Shown: positions 14,187 through 26,625 of the stretch, piece by piece
How the letters are laid out: the number at the start of each line of letters is the position of its first letter
Numbering within the stretch: the first letter of the stretch is position 1
From: Octopus vulgaris
Lineage: Eukaryota
Direction: 5' to 3'
DNA length: 64,000 bases
NCBI GenBank assembly: GCA_951406725.2
Contig: OX597825.1
Location: 66,092,001 to 66,156,000, forward strand
Made by a program: the position numbers and the translations under genes
The notes under the pieces: generated by a model
Database searches by the model: none
The model's input: only the letters and a program-made list of their open reading frames with translations
Told to the model about the DNA's origin: nothing

Positions 14187-14424
14187 ACTCACAGTAACTT
14201 TGAAATATTGTTTTGTTCGTCTCGTATTCGTATCAGGGTGAATTATAGATGTTTTTCGTTAGATCAATCTATGTTTTTCAGCATGTGCGGAAATAGCCGA
14301 AGCCAATCCTCCCTCTATTTATGTATATTTAAATTTACCGCCAGTCAGAAGCATGTTCAAATCTGACATGGAAGCATAGCTTTCTTTCACTCTTGTATTA
14401 TATATACATATATATATATATATC

Positions 14425-14606
14425 GCATGTTGATTCGTTAGCTACTACATTTTTTTCTCCTTCTTTCTGTGTTTTCTCTGTGTATCTTTCGTTGAAGAGC
14501 GTTCGAAACGTTAACTTGTTTTATTTATATTTCTGAGCGCAACTAATACAATTGTTCGTTTGTTTTCCACCTGCCTTCGTCTTTTGTTTATTGTCATAAA
14601 GCTCCT

Positions 14607-14610
<4 letters not shown>
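14425..14610 (+). mobile_element. Family F element with deleted HHR-like motif
   Basis: ctttcgttgaagagcgttcgaaacgttaac...ctgagcg...ctaataca...cacctgccttcgtcttttgttt. Confidence 0.65.
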
Positions 14611-14670
<60 letters not shown>

Positions 14671-14734
14671 CATAAATTATCCTAAATATCGCTGCTTTAA
14701 CAATTCTGTCATTACTGCTCTAAAAAAAAAAATT

Positions 14735-14970
14735 AAATGCGCCCTTTTTAAAGCCTAGCCAGGCTCATGGTCCCGGTTTCCCGTTTTCTATGGCGTGTGT
14801 GTTCCCCAGCTGGACAGGACGCCAGTCCATCGCAGCGTTACTGATTTTTGCCAGCTGAGTGGACTGGAGCAACGTGAAATGAAGTGTTTTGCTCAAGAAC
14901 ACAACACGTCGCCCGGTCCAGGAATCGAAACAACAATCTGTCACCCTAACCACTAAGCCACGCGCCTCCA
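14735..14970 (-). mobile_element. SINE family D (CORE-type)
   Basis: tRNA head ggaggcgcgtggcttagtggttaggg; CORE-like gtgttcttgagcaaaacacttc...tgctccagtccactcagctg; ctgcgatggactggcgtcc. Confidence 0.8.
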
Positions 14971-15024
14971 CCATTACTGCTCTGAATAACCAAAGTCAGA
15001 AATTTAGCGGAGAGGTGTACTTGA

Positions 15025-15417
15025 CTCTTTACTCTTTTACTTGTTTCAGTCATTTGACTGCGGCCATGCTAGAGCACCGCCTTCAGTCGAGAAAATCGAT
15101 CCCAGGAGTTATTTTTTTAAGCCTAGTACTTATTCTATCAGCCTCTTTGCCGAACCGCAAAGTTACAGGGATGTAAACACACCAACATCGGTTGTCAAGC
15201 GATGTTGGGGAACAAACACAGACACAAACACACACATATATAAATATACATATATACAAGCTTCTTTCAGTTTCCATCTGCCAAATTCATTCACAAGGCT
15301 TTGGTCGGCCCGAGGCTATAGTAGAAGACACTTGCCCAAGTTGCCACGCAGTAGGACTGAAACCGGAACCATGTGGTTGGTAAGCAAGCTACTTACCACA
15401 CAGCCACTCCTGCGCCT
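15025..15417 (-). mobile_element. SINE family A
   Basis: Full reverse-complement copy. Confidence 0.9.
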
Positions 15418-15436
15418 AAATAAACCTGTAGTTTAT

Positions 15437-15630
15437 TTAACACTTTAACATTTAAATGGGCCTAAACTGACCAAATTCGGCCTCTCGCACGTACCATACA
15501 ATGTCATTCTAAATATATACTACCTCATCATTGAAACCTAGAAGCAGTGAGATAATGTGTGATTAATTCAAACCAGTTTGTATAAATAAGCATTATGCTT
15601 GATAGGATAATCTGAAAGGTAAAGGGTTAA
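15437..15630. mobile_element. TTAA-flanked MITE (piggyBac-like); related copy begins at about 10559
   Basis: ttaacacttta...taaagggttaa termini; internal homology to ttaaccctttaataatcagattacc... at 10559-10750. Confidence 0.5.
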
Positions 15631-15879
15631 TCGACCCTGGGGAGATGAATGGCAAAGTTAAGCACAGCGTGATTCGAAATCAGAACGAAATCAGGAGAGC
15701 CAGAACAAACACTATAAGATAAGTTATCGGTCACTCTAATGGTGAGGGATCTCCGTCATTCGACGATGAGGATTTGGTTGTTCAACCGACTGAATTACCT
15801 GCTCCTGGATTATTTATGTGCAAGTGGATGAGTATTCCAAAGTCGTATGGTGTACAAAGGATGAAACTCCTTCTCGAGT

Positions 15880-16340
15880 CATAGGACCGGTTTCCCAGTT
15901 TCTGTGGTGTATTTCCCCCTGGATGGGACGCCAGTCCTTTGCTGGATTGCACATTTTTGCCAGCTGAGTGGACTGGAGCAACATGACATGAAGTGTTTTG
16001 CTCAAGAACACAACGCATCACCCAGTCCAGGAATCGAAACCACAATATTACGATCATGAGTCCAACACCCTAATCACTAAGCCACGTGCCTCCACAAAGG
16101 TAAAGATACATTCTCGAATCATCCTGATTCATAAGGGCTGGTTTCCTGGTTTCTCTGGTTCCCCACTTGGATGGGACACCGGTCCGTCGCAGGATTAATC
16201 ATTTTTGCTAGTTGAATGAACAGGAGAAACGTGAAATGAAGTGTTTTGCTCAAGAACACAATGCCCTGCCCAGTCCTGGGATCGAAACTACAATCTTACG
16301 ATCATGAGTCCAACACCCCTAACCACTAAACCACACACCT
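15880..16340 (-). mobile_element. Two adjacent SINE family D copies
   Basis: Two repeats of gaagtgttttgctcaagaacacaa...gatcgaaac...acgatcatgagtccaacaccc. Confidence 0.8.
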
Positions 16341-16430
16341 TCACACAACCATATGTATCCTTAACATAATTCTCAGGCAGAATCAGCGTGACAAGGCTGT
16401 AGCTAATAAATTACAAGTACAATCCACCTG

Positions 16431-16735
16431 GTGGAGGCACATGGCCTAGTGGTTAGAGCAGCAGACTCGCGGTCGAGGGATCGCGGGTTCGAATCTCAGA
16501 CCGGGCGATGTGTGTGTTTATGAGTGAAACACATAAGCTCCACGCAGCTCCGGCAGAAGGTAATGGCGAACTTCTGTTGACTCTTTCGCCACAACTTTCT
16601 CTCACTCTTTCCTCCTGCATCTTGCAGCTCACCTGTGAGGGACCAGCGTCCCGTCCAGGTGGGGAACCTATACGCCAAAGAAGCCGGAAAACCGGCTCTT
16701 ATGAGCCAGGCATGGCTCAAGAAGGAACAAACAAA
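16431..16735 (+). mobile_element. SINE family C, full length, tRNA-derived head
   Basis: ggaggcacatggcctagtggttagagcagcagactcgcggtcgagggatcgcgggttcgaatc; body ctctttcgccacaactttctctcactc; tail gagccaggcatggctc. Confidence 0.85.
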
Positions 16736-17780
16736 CCACCTGACGGGCTTCTATGCAGTTTCTATCTGCCCAGTTTCACTCACAAATTACAATTCAACCT
16801 GTCGCTATAAAATTTGGCACTTACTCAAGATTCCACGCATTGAGATCGAACCTGAGAATTCGTAGTCAAACTGCATACTCAAACATAATAAACGTTACTA
16901 TCATATGAAAACGTGAATTTTTAAAACTTTTTTGTTGTTTAACCGTAGGTCAGCCTATCGAGGTGACTTATGGGGAAAGACATTCTATTCATAAGCATTT
17001 CGTCCTTTTTAAGGATCTCTAAGACATCCAACTTGTTTCTTTACCAGAAGAAAATAGGGGGAGTGATTTTAGGAAAATTTAGCTGTTATATCTAGCACAA
17101 CGAATGACCACGTTTCTAATATTGTTTTATTATTGTTACTATTATTCTGGCCTACTCTGAACATGCGCCTGTAGCCCGGGGGTGGATGAAGAGGAGAGGG
17201 GTTCCTACCTAGGATGTCCTTGGTAATTGAGGTGTCCATTACCATTATTAAGGTGGTGATCTGACAAAATCGTTAGCACGCTGGACATGGTGCATAGTGG
17301 AATTTCGTCCGTCTCTGAGTTCAAACTCCACCGAGGTCGAGTTTACCTTTTATCCTTTCGATGTTGATAAAATGAGTACCACTCGAACACTGGGGTCGAA
17401 GTAATTGACTACACTCGACTCCAATTTTCATACTCAATATATCTCGCTTTCCATCTTTATTTTTTTTTTTCTAAGGCAATCGGGTGCATCATTAATGGGA
17501 CAGATTTCGCGACAACTCTTTCAATTCAATAAGATGTAGTAACCACGTAGAGAGAGATGAGTTCCTCTCCCCATCCCACCCCAATCTCGTTTCGAACGTT
17601 CAAAGATATCTGTAAACAGTGTCAAAAAAAGTGGGAACACATGCCTTTTTTTTTATTTATTTTTTACAATTAGCATCTTCGCAATAAAACAACATTACCT
17701 CACTATATTAGGATATTAGGAACAGTAAATCTTATGACAGATTTTTTTCTTTCAAATAAATAATAAAAAAAATAACATAC

Positions 17781-17829
17781 CACATAAAAAAATTGTCCAG
17801 CTGGAAAACACGGCTGTCGTTGATGGCAT
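17781..17829 (-). CDS. Candidate first coding exon of a secreted or membrane protein (MPSTTAVFSSWTIFLC, phase-1 intron)
   Basis: Minus strand caaaATG CCA TCA ACG ACA GCC GTG TTT TCC AGC TGG ACA ATT TTT TTA TGT G|gtatgt: good start context, consensus donor, hydrophobic run, unique flanks; no downstream exon identified. Confidence 0.4.
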
Positions 17830-18372
17830 TTTGAGGTTTTTAGTTAAATTTCTTTCGTCGATAATTTTGGTAAAAAATTTGAATTTGGTAATATATATAT
17901 ATATATTGTTATACTTCGGGATGGTAAATATATGTTTATATATTTATATATGTAATATATTTATATATTTTCAATATATAAATTCTATTGAAAAATTTGG
18001 TAAACGTATGAATGATTCTATTGTTATATATATATATATCACAGCAGAAAACTTCCAAATCGGTGTTTTCGTTGTTATTATTAATGGTGATGGTTGTAGT
18101 GTTTTGGTGGTGTTGGTCGTGGCGGTGGTGATCGTTTAAATGTTGGCGGTGGTTTTTGTTTTTCTTCTTTTTTTTTTTTTACTTGTTCTTGCGACGAAAT
18201 TTCAAGTTAGGAAACGCACGAGAGAATATGTAAAAACAAAAACAGATTGGTTTGGCGTAAAGATCTACTTCGTTACTCGTCTTTCGTAGATCTATCAATG
18301 AAATGACCAATACTTCGCTTAAACTTTCGAAAAGATTGGTATATAAATAATAGATACGTGTGTATGTGTGTG

Positions 18373-18422
<50 letters not shown>

Positions 18423-18817
18423 AAGATAGAAAGGAGGAGAGAGGGGACAGAAAGAGACCGAGTCAAAAGGACAAGGACAGACTCTTAGAGAAAGAAAACT
18501 TTATGGGGGAAAGAATTTCCGAAAACAATGAAAGAAGTTTTGAAATAGAATGTGTGTGTGTGTATGTGTGTGCGTACGTAGTAGTGTGTCTTTGAGTGTG
18601 AGGTGTGGGTGCGTGTGTACTGTGTGTGTATGTGTATGCGTCTGTATGTGTGTTTAAATGCTAAATATATAAATGAATTTTACACAACAAGCGTGTGTGT
18701 GTGTGTGTGTATTGATACATACATACATAAATATATATGTAAATATATAGAAATATATATATATACTTATATATATATAGAAAGAGAGAGAGGGGGAGAG
18801 AGATGCGTATAAGTCTA

Positions 18818-18859
<42 letters not shown>

Positions 18860-19124
18860 TATGTATATATGTATATATGTATGTGTGTATTCTGAATCCA
18901 AGTATGGTATTGTGTATACACGCAGAGACGGAAGGGCCAAATAAAAAACAAAAAAAAAAGAAAAGAGAAAAAAGGAAAGAGAGAGATAAAGCGAGAGAAA
19001 TTCGAAGAAAGTGGGAGGATATGAGAGAGGATAAGTGAGAGGAGAGAGAGAAAAGGGAGACGAAGGGTGCGAAAATGTAATAGTTGTCACTTTGTATGTG
19101 TGAGAGTATGTGTATGTATATGTA

Positions 19125-19202
<78 letters not shown>

Positions 19203-19423
19203 ATGTCCACATTCTCTTGTGTGTAAGATTTCGACAGTCTTAAGTGAATATGTGAGTGTATGTGTATGAGTGGTTGCGTGTGTATGTTTGTGTGTGTGTG
19301 TGTGTGTGATTAATGCGTGTAATATGCTTTGCGTTTTGCTTAGTGTATACGTCAGTGGCATGGCTAAAACGCACACTTACACACATACATATATATACAT
19401 ACATAGGCACACATACACACATA

Positions 19424-19464
<41 letters not shown>

Positions 19465-20244
19465 GCACATACACACATACACACACACTCAAGCACATAC
19501 ACACATACACACACACACAAGCACATACACACGTTAGGCGAAAGGAGGAAAAGAGGGGTGTGTAACGTAGAAAAAAAAACAAACAAATTTGACATTTAAT
19601 GGTGTTAAGAGCGAAATGGTAGAGAGAAGTGGGTTTGTGTGAGGAACTAAAAGCAGAAGGAGTGTAAGAGGAGGAGGAAGTAAAGCAGTAGGAGGAAGGG
19701 GAGGAATGGGAAGACAGGAGATGACTAAGATCTCATAAGAAAGCAAGTCTGTCTGTGTGTCAGAGAGATAGAGAGAGACAGAACGAGTGAAAGAGAAAGA
19801 AAGAGTAGGAGAGGGGTTCAGACAGAGAGAACTGTTGGTTGTGTGTTTCGGACCTCCATCAGTTTAAGAAACAGTTTATTTCTTTTTTTTAGGATATATG
19901 TCCATCATATTGTTAGCTTATAGAATAATACAAAGGCGCAGGCGTAGCTGTGTGGTAAGATCTTGGTTTTGCAATCATGTGGTTTGGGGTTCAGTCCCTC
20001 TGTGCAACACTTTGGACAAGTGTCTTCTATTATAGCCCAGAGCTAAATGATGTATTGGAAGTGAATCTAGTACAACGGCACAAAGTGAAAATCTCCATTG
20101 TGGTGGAAAGTGGAAAGATGATCAGATTGGCAGTGCTCCAGCATGGCTACAGTCATTGAAGTGAAACATATAAAAGAATAAAAGAAAATGTGTATTTTTG
20201 TAAGTATGTGTGTGTGTAAATACGCATATATATATATATATATA

Positions 20245-20620
20245 CTAGCAGTATCGCCCGGCGTTGCTCAGGTTTGTAAGGGAAATAACTATAAAGCATT
20301 TTTAGAGAGTTATAGCCAAAAAATAGCAAAAAAATGGAAAAAATGATGGTAAATTTTTTTTTGAGATTTAAAAAAGGTAGAGTTGCGTCCCCTAGACAGT
20401 TTGTGGTTCGTATTCCTGATTCTCGACCCCATGTCGAATTTATCGATTTTTTTCAGAACTGGGGGAACTTTTCAAAATTTCCCCCAGTTAGTTTTGAATT
20501 ATGACATTGGGCTGTGTGTGTGTCAAGTTTCATCAGAATCGGTTGAAAGCCGTGGTCAGGGTGAGGGTACAAGCAAACAGACACACAGAAACACGCACAG
20601 ACAAACTGCCGTTTATATAT

Positions 20621-20623
<3 letters not shown>
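20245..20623 (-). mobile_element. Complete non-autonomous Helitron
   Basis: Minus strand starts a|TCTATATATAAACGGCAG and ends with hairpin cctgagcaacgccggg then CTAG|t, inserted in an AT run. Confidence 0.8.
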
Positions 20624-20677
<54 letters not shown>

Positions 20678-20684
20678 TAGGGAG

Positions 20685-20860
20685 AGTTTACGAAAAAACA
20701 AAAGACGAAGACAGGTGATGTATAAAACAAACAGATGTATTAGTATAACGCTCAGGAATAGAAAAAGTCTTTTACATTTCGAGCCTACGCTGTTCTACAG
20801 AAAGGGACACAGAAAAAACAAGGAGAGAAAAAATGTGTGTAGTGGCTAACGATCTACATG
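20685..20860 (-). mobile_element. Family F element with HHR-like motif (20769-20804)
   Basis: Minus strand CTTT-CTGTAGA-A-CAGC-gtag-GCTC-GAAATGTA-AAAG. Confidence 0.7.
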
Positions 20861-21104
20861 AATGAATGTATCAGTTTCAATTTGTGCTCCACCACGCTTG
20901 ACGACCGGTGTTGGTTTGCTTGTGTTTCTGTAAGCTAGCTGCTCGGCTAAAGAGAACGATAAAATACATATCAGGCTTAGAAATAAGTACTGAGATCGAC
21001 TTGTTCAACTAAACCTTTTAATGCTTTGCGCCAGTAAAAATTAAATGACAAAAGATAGGTGCGTGTGGATGGGGTGTCAATGTGTCTACATTTATCCCTA
21101 GATG

Positions 21105-21338
21105 AAGCCGGCGAGCTGGCAGAAACATTAGGACGCGGGGTGAAATGCGTAGCCGTATTTCGTCTACCGTTACGTTCTGGGTTCAAATTCCGCCGAGGTC
21201 GACTTTGCCTTTCATCCTTTCGGGGTCGATAAATTAAGTACCAGTAACGCACTGGGGTCGATATAATCGACTTAATCTGTCTGTCTGTCCTTGTTTGTCC
21301 CCTCTATGTTTAGCCCCTTGTGGGTAATAAAGAAACAT
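21105..21338 (+). mobile_element. SINE family B, full length
   Basis: ggcgagctggcagaaac head, gggttcaaattccgccgaggtcgactttgcc body, aataaagaaa tail. Confidence 0.9.
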
Positions 21339-21589
21339 ATATTTATCCCTGGACCACTGTTTGGCAGCCGGTGTTGGTTTGTTTATATTTCCGTAAGTTA
21401 GCGGTTCGGCGAAAGAGACCGGTAATATCTATCTAAAACTGACTCAAGGTGGTGCTCCAGCATGGTAGCTGTCCATTGACTGAAACAAGAAGTCAGGATG
21501 TGTTTTGAGGGCGATTTGGAAGTTATTTCTCGCAGATAAAGCGTCCACAGAGAGGCACCTGCGCGTGTATAATTATTTACTTTATATCG

Positions 21590-22100
21590 ATCAAGGGTAA
21601 AGGGTAAAGCCCCCCTTCGGTCATGACTGACCATGGGATTGCACCCAGAAGATAACCTTCCGAGGTACAAGTCTATGAAAGACCAGCAGTCGCCCATACC
21701 AGCCGCCCCATTGTTATCCAAGGAAAAGGCAAAGGCCGATACAGCTTGGCACCAGTGACGCTGCAAGTCATTTATACAGCTGAGAATACTAAAGTTCAAG
21801 AACACAACATACAGCCCAGTCCGGGAATCGAACTCACTACCTCATGGTAGCCAGGCTCATGGGCCCGGTTTCCCGGTTTCTGTGGCGTATGTGTTCCCCC
21901 CAGCTGGACGGGACGCCAGTCCATCGCAGCATTACTCAAGAAACAGGAAGGGTGTGTGAGAGTACAACAGGGGTCGCCACCACCCCCTGTCGGATCCTCG
22001 TGGAGCTTTAGGTGTTTTCGCTCAATAAACACACACAACGCCCGGTCTGGGAATCGAAACTGCGATCTTCCGACTGCGTGTCCGCTGCCCTAACCACTGG
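21590..22100 (-). mobile_element. Two abutting SINEs (CORE-type with a different tail, and a family C variant)
   Basis: gggaatcgaactcac and gggaatcgaaactgcg B-box complements; gacgggacgccagtccatcgcag domain. Confidence 0.7.
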
Positions 22101-22119
22101 GTTAGGGTTAGGGTTAGGG
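22099..22119 (+). repeat. Interstitial telomeric tract GGG(TTAGGG)3
   Basis: gggttagggttagggttaggg directly visible. Confidence 0.85.
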
Positions 22120-22367
22120 TTCTACAAATATATAGGAAAACAATGAGACGGTCAGAGCAACAATGATTTTGATCATACGTCTGCTCAATCAGGGAACAAC
22201 TTCGGATAAACAGGAACAATAAGCAAACAGATACATGAACGTGCGTGCGCATGCAAACAGAAACATCAAAGTCACTGGCAGCCTTTCTTTTTTGAAAGAA
22301 TAATGAATATGTTCTCTAATAAAAGTATTGAGTAATCCTTCAAGTTCCATAGCTTGAGAGAGAAAAA

Positions 22368-22475
22368 ACTTGCTTACCAACCACATGGTTCCGGGTTCAG
22401 TCCCACTGCGTGACACCTTGAGCCCACCAAAGCCTTATGAGTGGATTTGGTAGACGGAAGCTATAAAAGCTCGTC

Positions 22476-22514
<39 letters not shown>

Positions 22515-22725
22515 TGTGTGTGTGTGTGTGTGTGTGTGTTTGTCCCCCACCATCCCTTGACAACTGATGGTGGCGTGTCTACGTACCCGTAACTTAGCGA
22601 TTCGGCAAAAGTGACCGGTAGAATAAGTACTAGGCTTCAAAAGAATAAGTACTGGGGTCAATTTGCTTGACTAAAGGCGGTGCCCCAGCATGGCCGCAGT
22701 CAAATGACTGAAACAAATAAAAGAA
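22368..22725 (+). mobile_element. SINE family A, 5' truncated
   Basis: Family A motifs with internal (GT)n. Confidence 0.85.
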
Positions 22726-22754
22726 CATATATATATATATATATATATATATTC

Positions 22755-22950
22755 GCCATGCTGTACTGCTGAAATCTACAAGTTTTTTTTATTTCCTCTC
22801 TATTTATTTTCTTTTATTCCTTTCTGTTGAAGAGCGTAGGCACGAAATGTAAAAAACTTTTTCATTTTCCCCGAGCGCCAAACTAATACTCACTTGCTTG
22901 TTGTTCATACACCTGTCTTTGTCTTTTGTTTTTCTATAAATTTCAACTAT
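22755..22950 (+). mobile_element. Family F element with HHR-like motif (22820-22855)
   Basis: CTTT-CTGTTGA-A-GAGC-gtag-GCAC-GAAATGTA-AAAA; nearly identical flanks to the 5000-5125 copy. Confidence 0.7.
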
Positions 22951-23077
22951 ATATATACATATATATGGTGGGGGTATATACAAAATATTCTATAATTATA
23001 CACATAATTATAATCAAGGGTCAGCTAAGTGCCTCGCCACGTACTGAATTAGAAATTAATTAATTAATTTTACACAG

Positions 23078-23124
<47 letters not shown>

Positions 23125-23507
23125 CACTGCTTTATTTTGAGATTGCTATTGTAACAATACCCGCAAATAAAATACAGACTAGAGTTGTAGTGCTCCAAGT
23201 GAGCAATATTCCGCTTAATAATCTCAATGGAGACAATGCAAGTGGAAACTAGAGAAACATAATTAATAACCACACTCAAAATCAAATATATACATATATT
23301 CTTCTACATTTATAAAACGGATATAAAAATTCCAAATATATAAATATAAAAATACATATAAATAGATAAATATCGATGTGATACATAAAACACAGTGAAT
23401 TTTAGATTTAAAAGTTATAATGCATTGGTGTAATAAAAATTTGAGATGATAAAACATTATAAGAACGTACTAAAATACCAGGAAAATAATACAAAATTTT
23501 AAAATTC

Positions 23508-23589
23508 CATCTATGGGCCGTTTCAGAGACGTGCCAAGTAATATGATATATTTAATATTTTTAAAACTGACACTCTCCTCATGAGGATG
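23508..23589 (-). ncRNA. Degenerate type I hammerhead with long stem II in an AT-rich PLE-like element
   Basis: CATC-CTCATGA-G-GAGAGTGTCA...TGGCACgTCTCT-GAAAC-ggccca-TA-GATG; stems I and II pair, core G5 is C. Confidence 0.55.
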
Positions 23590-23698
23590 TTTTCACACAA
23601 TACAGAAAAAATATATACAGAAATACAATTATACAATTACACAGCAGCCACTCGAGTGGCTGGTATGTAATTGTATAATTGTAAATATATCATATTAC

Positions 23699-23744
<46 letters not shown>

Positions 23745-23747
<3 letters not shown>

Positions 23748-24048
23748 TCGTTTGTTCCTTCTCGAGCCACGCCTGGCTCATAAGGGCCGGCTTCCCGGTT
23801 TCCTTGGCGTATTGGTTCCCCACCTGGACGGGACGTCGGTCCGTCGCAGGTGAGCTAGAAGATGCAGGAGGAAAAAGTGAGAGAAAGTTGTGGTGAAAGA
23901 GTCAGCAGATGTTCGGCATTACTTTGTGCCAGAGCCGTGAGGAATTTATGTGTTTCGCTCATAAAACACACACATCGCCCGGTCTGAGATTCGAACCCGC
24001 GATACCTCCACCGCGCGTCCGCTGCTCTAACCACTAGGCCATGTGCCG

Positions 24049-24050
<2 letters not shown>
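23745..24050 (-). mobile_element. SINE family C
   Basis: Reverse complement of the 16431 copy. Confidence 0.85.
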
Positions 24051-24098
<48 letters not shown>

Positions 24099-24258
24099 GT
24101 ATGTATGTATGTATATATGTTAGGGATATATATGTATATATGCATACGTACATATATGTGTATATACATATATGTGTGTGTACATATACGTACGTACAAT
24201 CATACATACGTTCATACATACACGCACACATACATACATACATACATACATACATACA

Positions 24259-24290
<32 letters not shown>

Positions 24291-24839
24291 GGTTCATGTA
24301 TTATACGTTAAAAGACACCATAGTTATAAGTAGCCATTCCTACTTTCAAGTCCTCTTACGAAAACTCTTGTGCAATATATATAAATAGAAAGGCTTTCTA
24401 TTATAATAGTACTGAGAAAGCCAGCAGTGATTATAACACTTAAAACAACACAAATATACTTCTATTTCATTCGTTGTTGTGTCAGCAAAATATAATTTGA
24501 TTGGCAGTGTCGTAGAGCGTTAGACAAAGCATATTGTCTTATAAGTTACTGGCCTTTTCAAATCCTAACGTAAGCTTCACATTTTTGTCTTTCTTAGGTC
24601 TGCATTAAATAGTTATCCTCTCAAGTAGCGGTGTCTATTTAAGAACTATACCAGTATTTCTCGATCTAAAATTTCATTTCAGATGTGTTTCCAATCGGAA
24701 TAAAATATTTCTGATATGTTTGCAATTGGAATAAAATATTGCGTGACTTTAAATATTACTCTGCCCTCGCTGGAAATGTATTCTGTGCACGTTAGAGAAA
24801 TGTGTGGCTTGGATTTATAGGGAAACAGCTGAGAAGGAG

Positions 24840-25170
24840 AATATTAAACAGCGGAGAAGCGTAAATTTTACGCATGATTATACATATGATGGACTCTCCC
24901 GTCGAGGGTTCGACAATTTCTTATTGAACAGCCACACAGATGACTTGTTTATAGTGATCAAATGTTTGTGTACACATAAGCTCATTCCCTCCATCAGATT
25001 GATATTACCTGTACAGGTGCTACGGGTGCCACTTGTCAGATGATGAAATGATCGCAGAGCAACGTGAAATGAAGTGCTTTGCTCAAGAGCACAATGCAAC
25101 GCCCGCTCTGGAAATCAAACCACGATCTCGCAATCGTGAATGAAACACTTTGACCACTGAGCCATGCACC
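24840..25170 (-). mobile_element. CORE-type SINE variant with different 3' region
   Basis: gcaacgtgaaatgaagtgctttgctcaagagcacaa and tRNA head complement tgaccactgagccatgcacc. Confidence 0.6.
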
Positions 25171-25179
25171 TTCACATAC

Positions 25180-25264
<85 letters not shown>

Positions 25265-25280
25265 CATACACACACATACA

Positions 25281-25335
<55 letters not shown>

Positions 25336-25515
25336 ACATATGCTATTTTAACGAGATATATCTCGTCCCCTAAGGGGACACATCAACACTGGCGGATACA
25401 CCTAAACTAGATGTTCGGTATTCCACTCGTGAGAAATCGATGTGTTAGATGGATCGAAACAATTCTAGTGATCAATAAACATTCTCGTATCTTCCATCTT
25501 CCGTCTCCCTTATTA

Positions 25516-25569
25516 TTGAGCTGAAGATAGAAGTGTTGTTTTGACTAATCTTGAAACGTACGTTCTCAA
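25516..25569 (+). ncRNA. Minimal type I hammerhead ribozyme motif with intact core
   Basis: TTGAG-CTGAAGA-tAGAAGT...ACTaaTCTt-GAA-ACGTACGT-T-CTCAA: 5-bp stem I, palindromic stem III, GUU cleavage triplet. Confidence 0.65.
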
Positions 25570-26189
25570 ATAACCTTAGCATTTGATTTTTTAATGTCCT
25601 TACCCCCAAACTTTTGTGAGTTGAATTAAGCAAACGCTATATATGAGAGAGATTTTCTTTAAGTATTAGAAATAGCTTTAAAAAAGTTTTTTAGCTGCTA
25701 TTTCTAATGAGTTCAGTATGCGGCAAAGTAATTTATTTTACTAAGCCCTTTTATATAATGTAATAATTTGAATTCGCCTTAAATGGTCCCTTTGCATACT
25801 GAACACTTGGTGAAATTGATTAATAATTAATTAATTTTACCCTCAATTGTTGAAATTATATATATATACATATATATATATATAAAGGGTTTTTGTGTGA
25901 ATGTGTATAGAGGGATATATATTATTCAAAGAAATTCCAACTCTGTCTGTTTTTTATGTTTTATTTATATTCTTTATAATATTATTGTAGAATATAGAAT
26001 ATATAGTATAATTAATATATATATATAGTAAAATGAAATGAAGTATTGATTGTCTTATTGAATAAATGAAATGTTGAATAAAATATATTAAGGGACTAGT
26101 ATACTTTCATGCGTTATAGCAGTCTTCAAGGTCCCAGGTTGTGACAGGAGTGTTTCAACTGTGTTTGACTGACTGTCTATTGTCCAGTT

Positions 26190-26554
26190 CGCCGCCCTTG
26201 GAACCGACCGAAGTCCACTTTTCCTTTTTATTCTCTCGGAGTCTGTAAAATAAAGGCCTGTTGAGCATTAAAGTCGATGTAATTGATAAGTCCCCTCCCT
26301 CAAAAATTTCAGGACTTGTGCCTATGGTAGAAAGAATATCAAGTATAAAGCAGCGAGCTGGCAGAACCGTTAGCAGGTCGGGCAAAATGCTTAGCGGCAT
26401 TTCGTCCGCCTTAACGTTCTGGGTTCAAATTTCGCCGAGGTCGACTTTGCATTTCATTCTTTCAGGGTCGATAAATTAAGTACCAGTAAAACACTGGAGT
26501 CTATGTCGACTAGTCCTCCTCCCCCAACATTCCAGGCCTTTTGCCTTTAGTAGA

Positions 26555-26625
<71 letters not shown>

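Larger units (their letters stand above)
12362..14315. mobile_element. Large fold-back element interrupted by three insertions
   Basis: Left arm pieces 12362-12426, 12735-12816 and 13280-13480 are reverse-complementary to 14193-14315 and 13565-13765. Confidence 0.75.
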
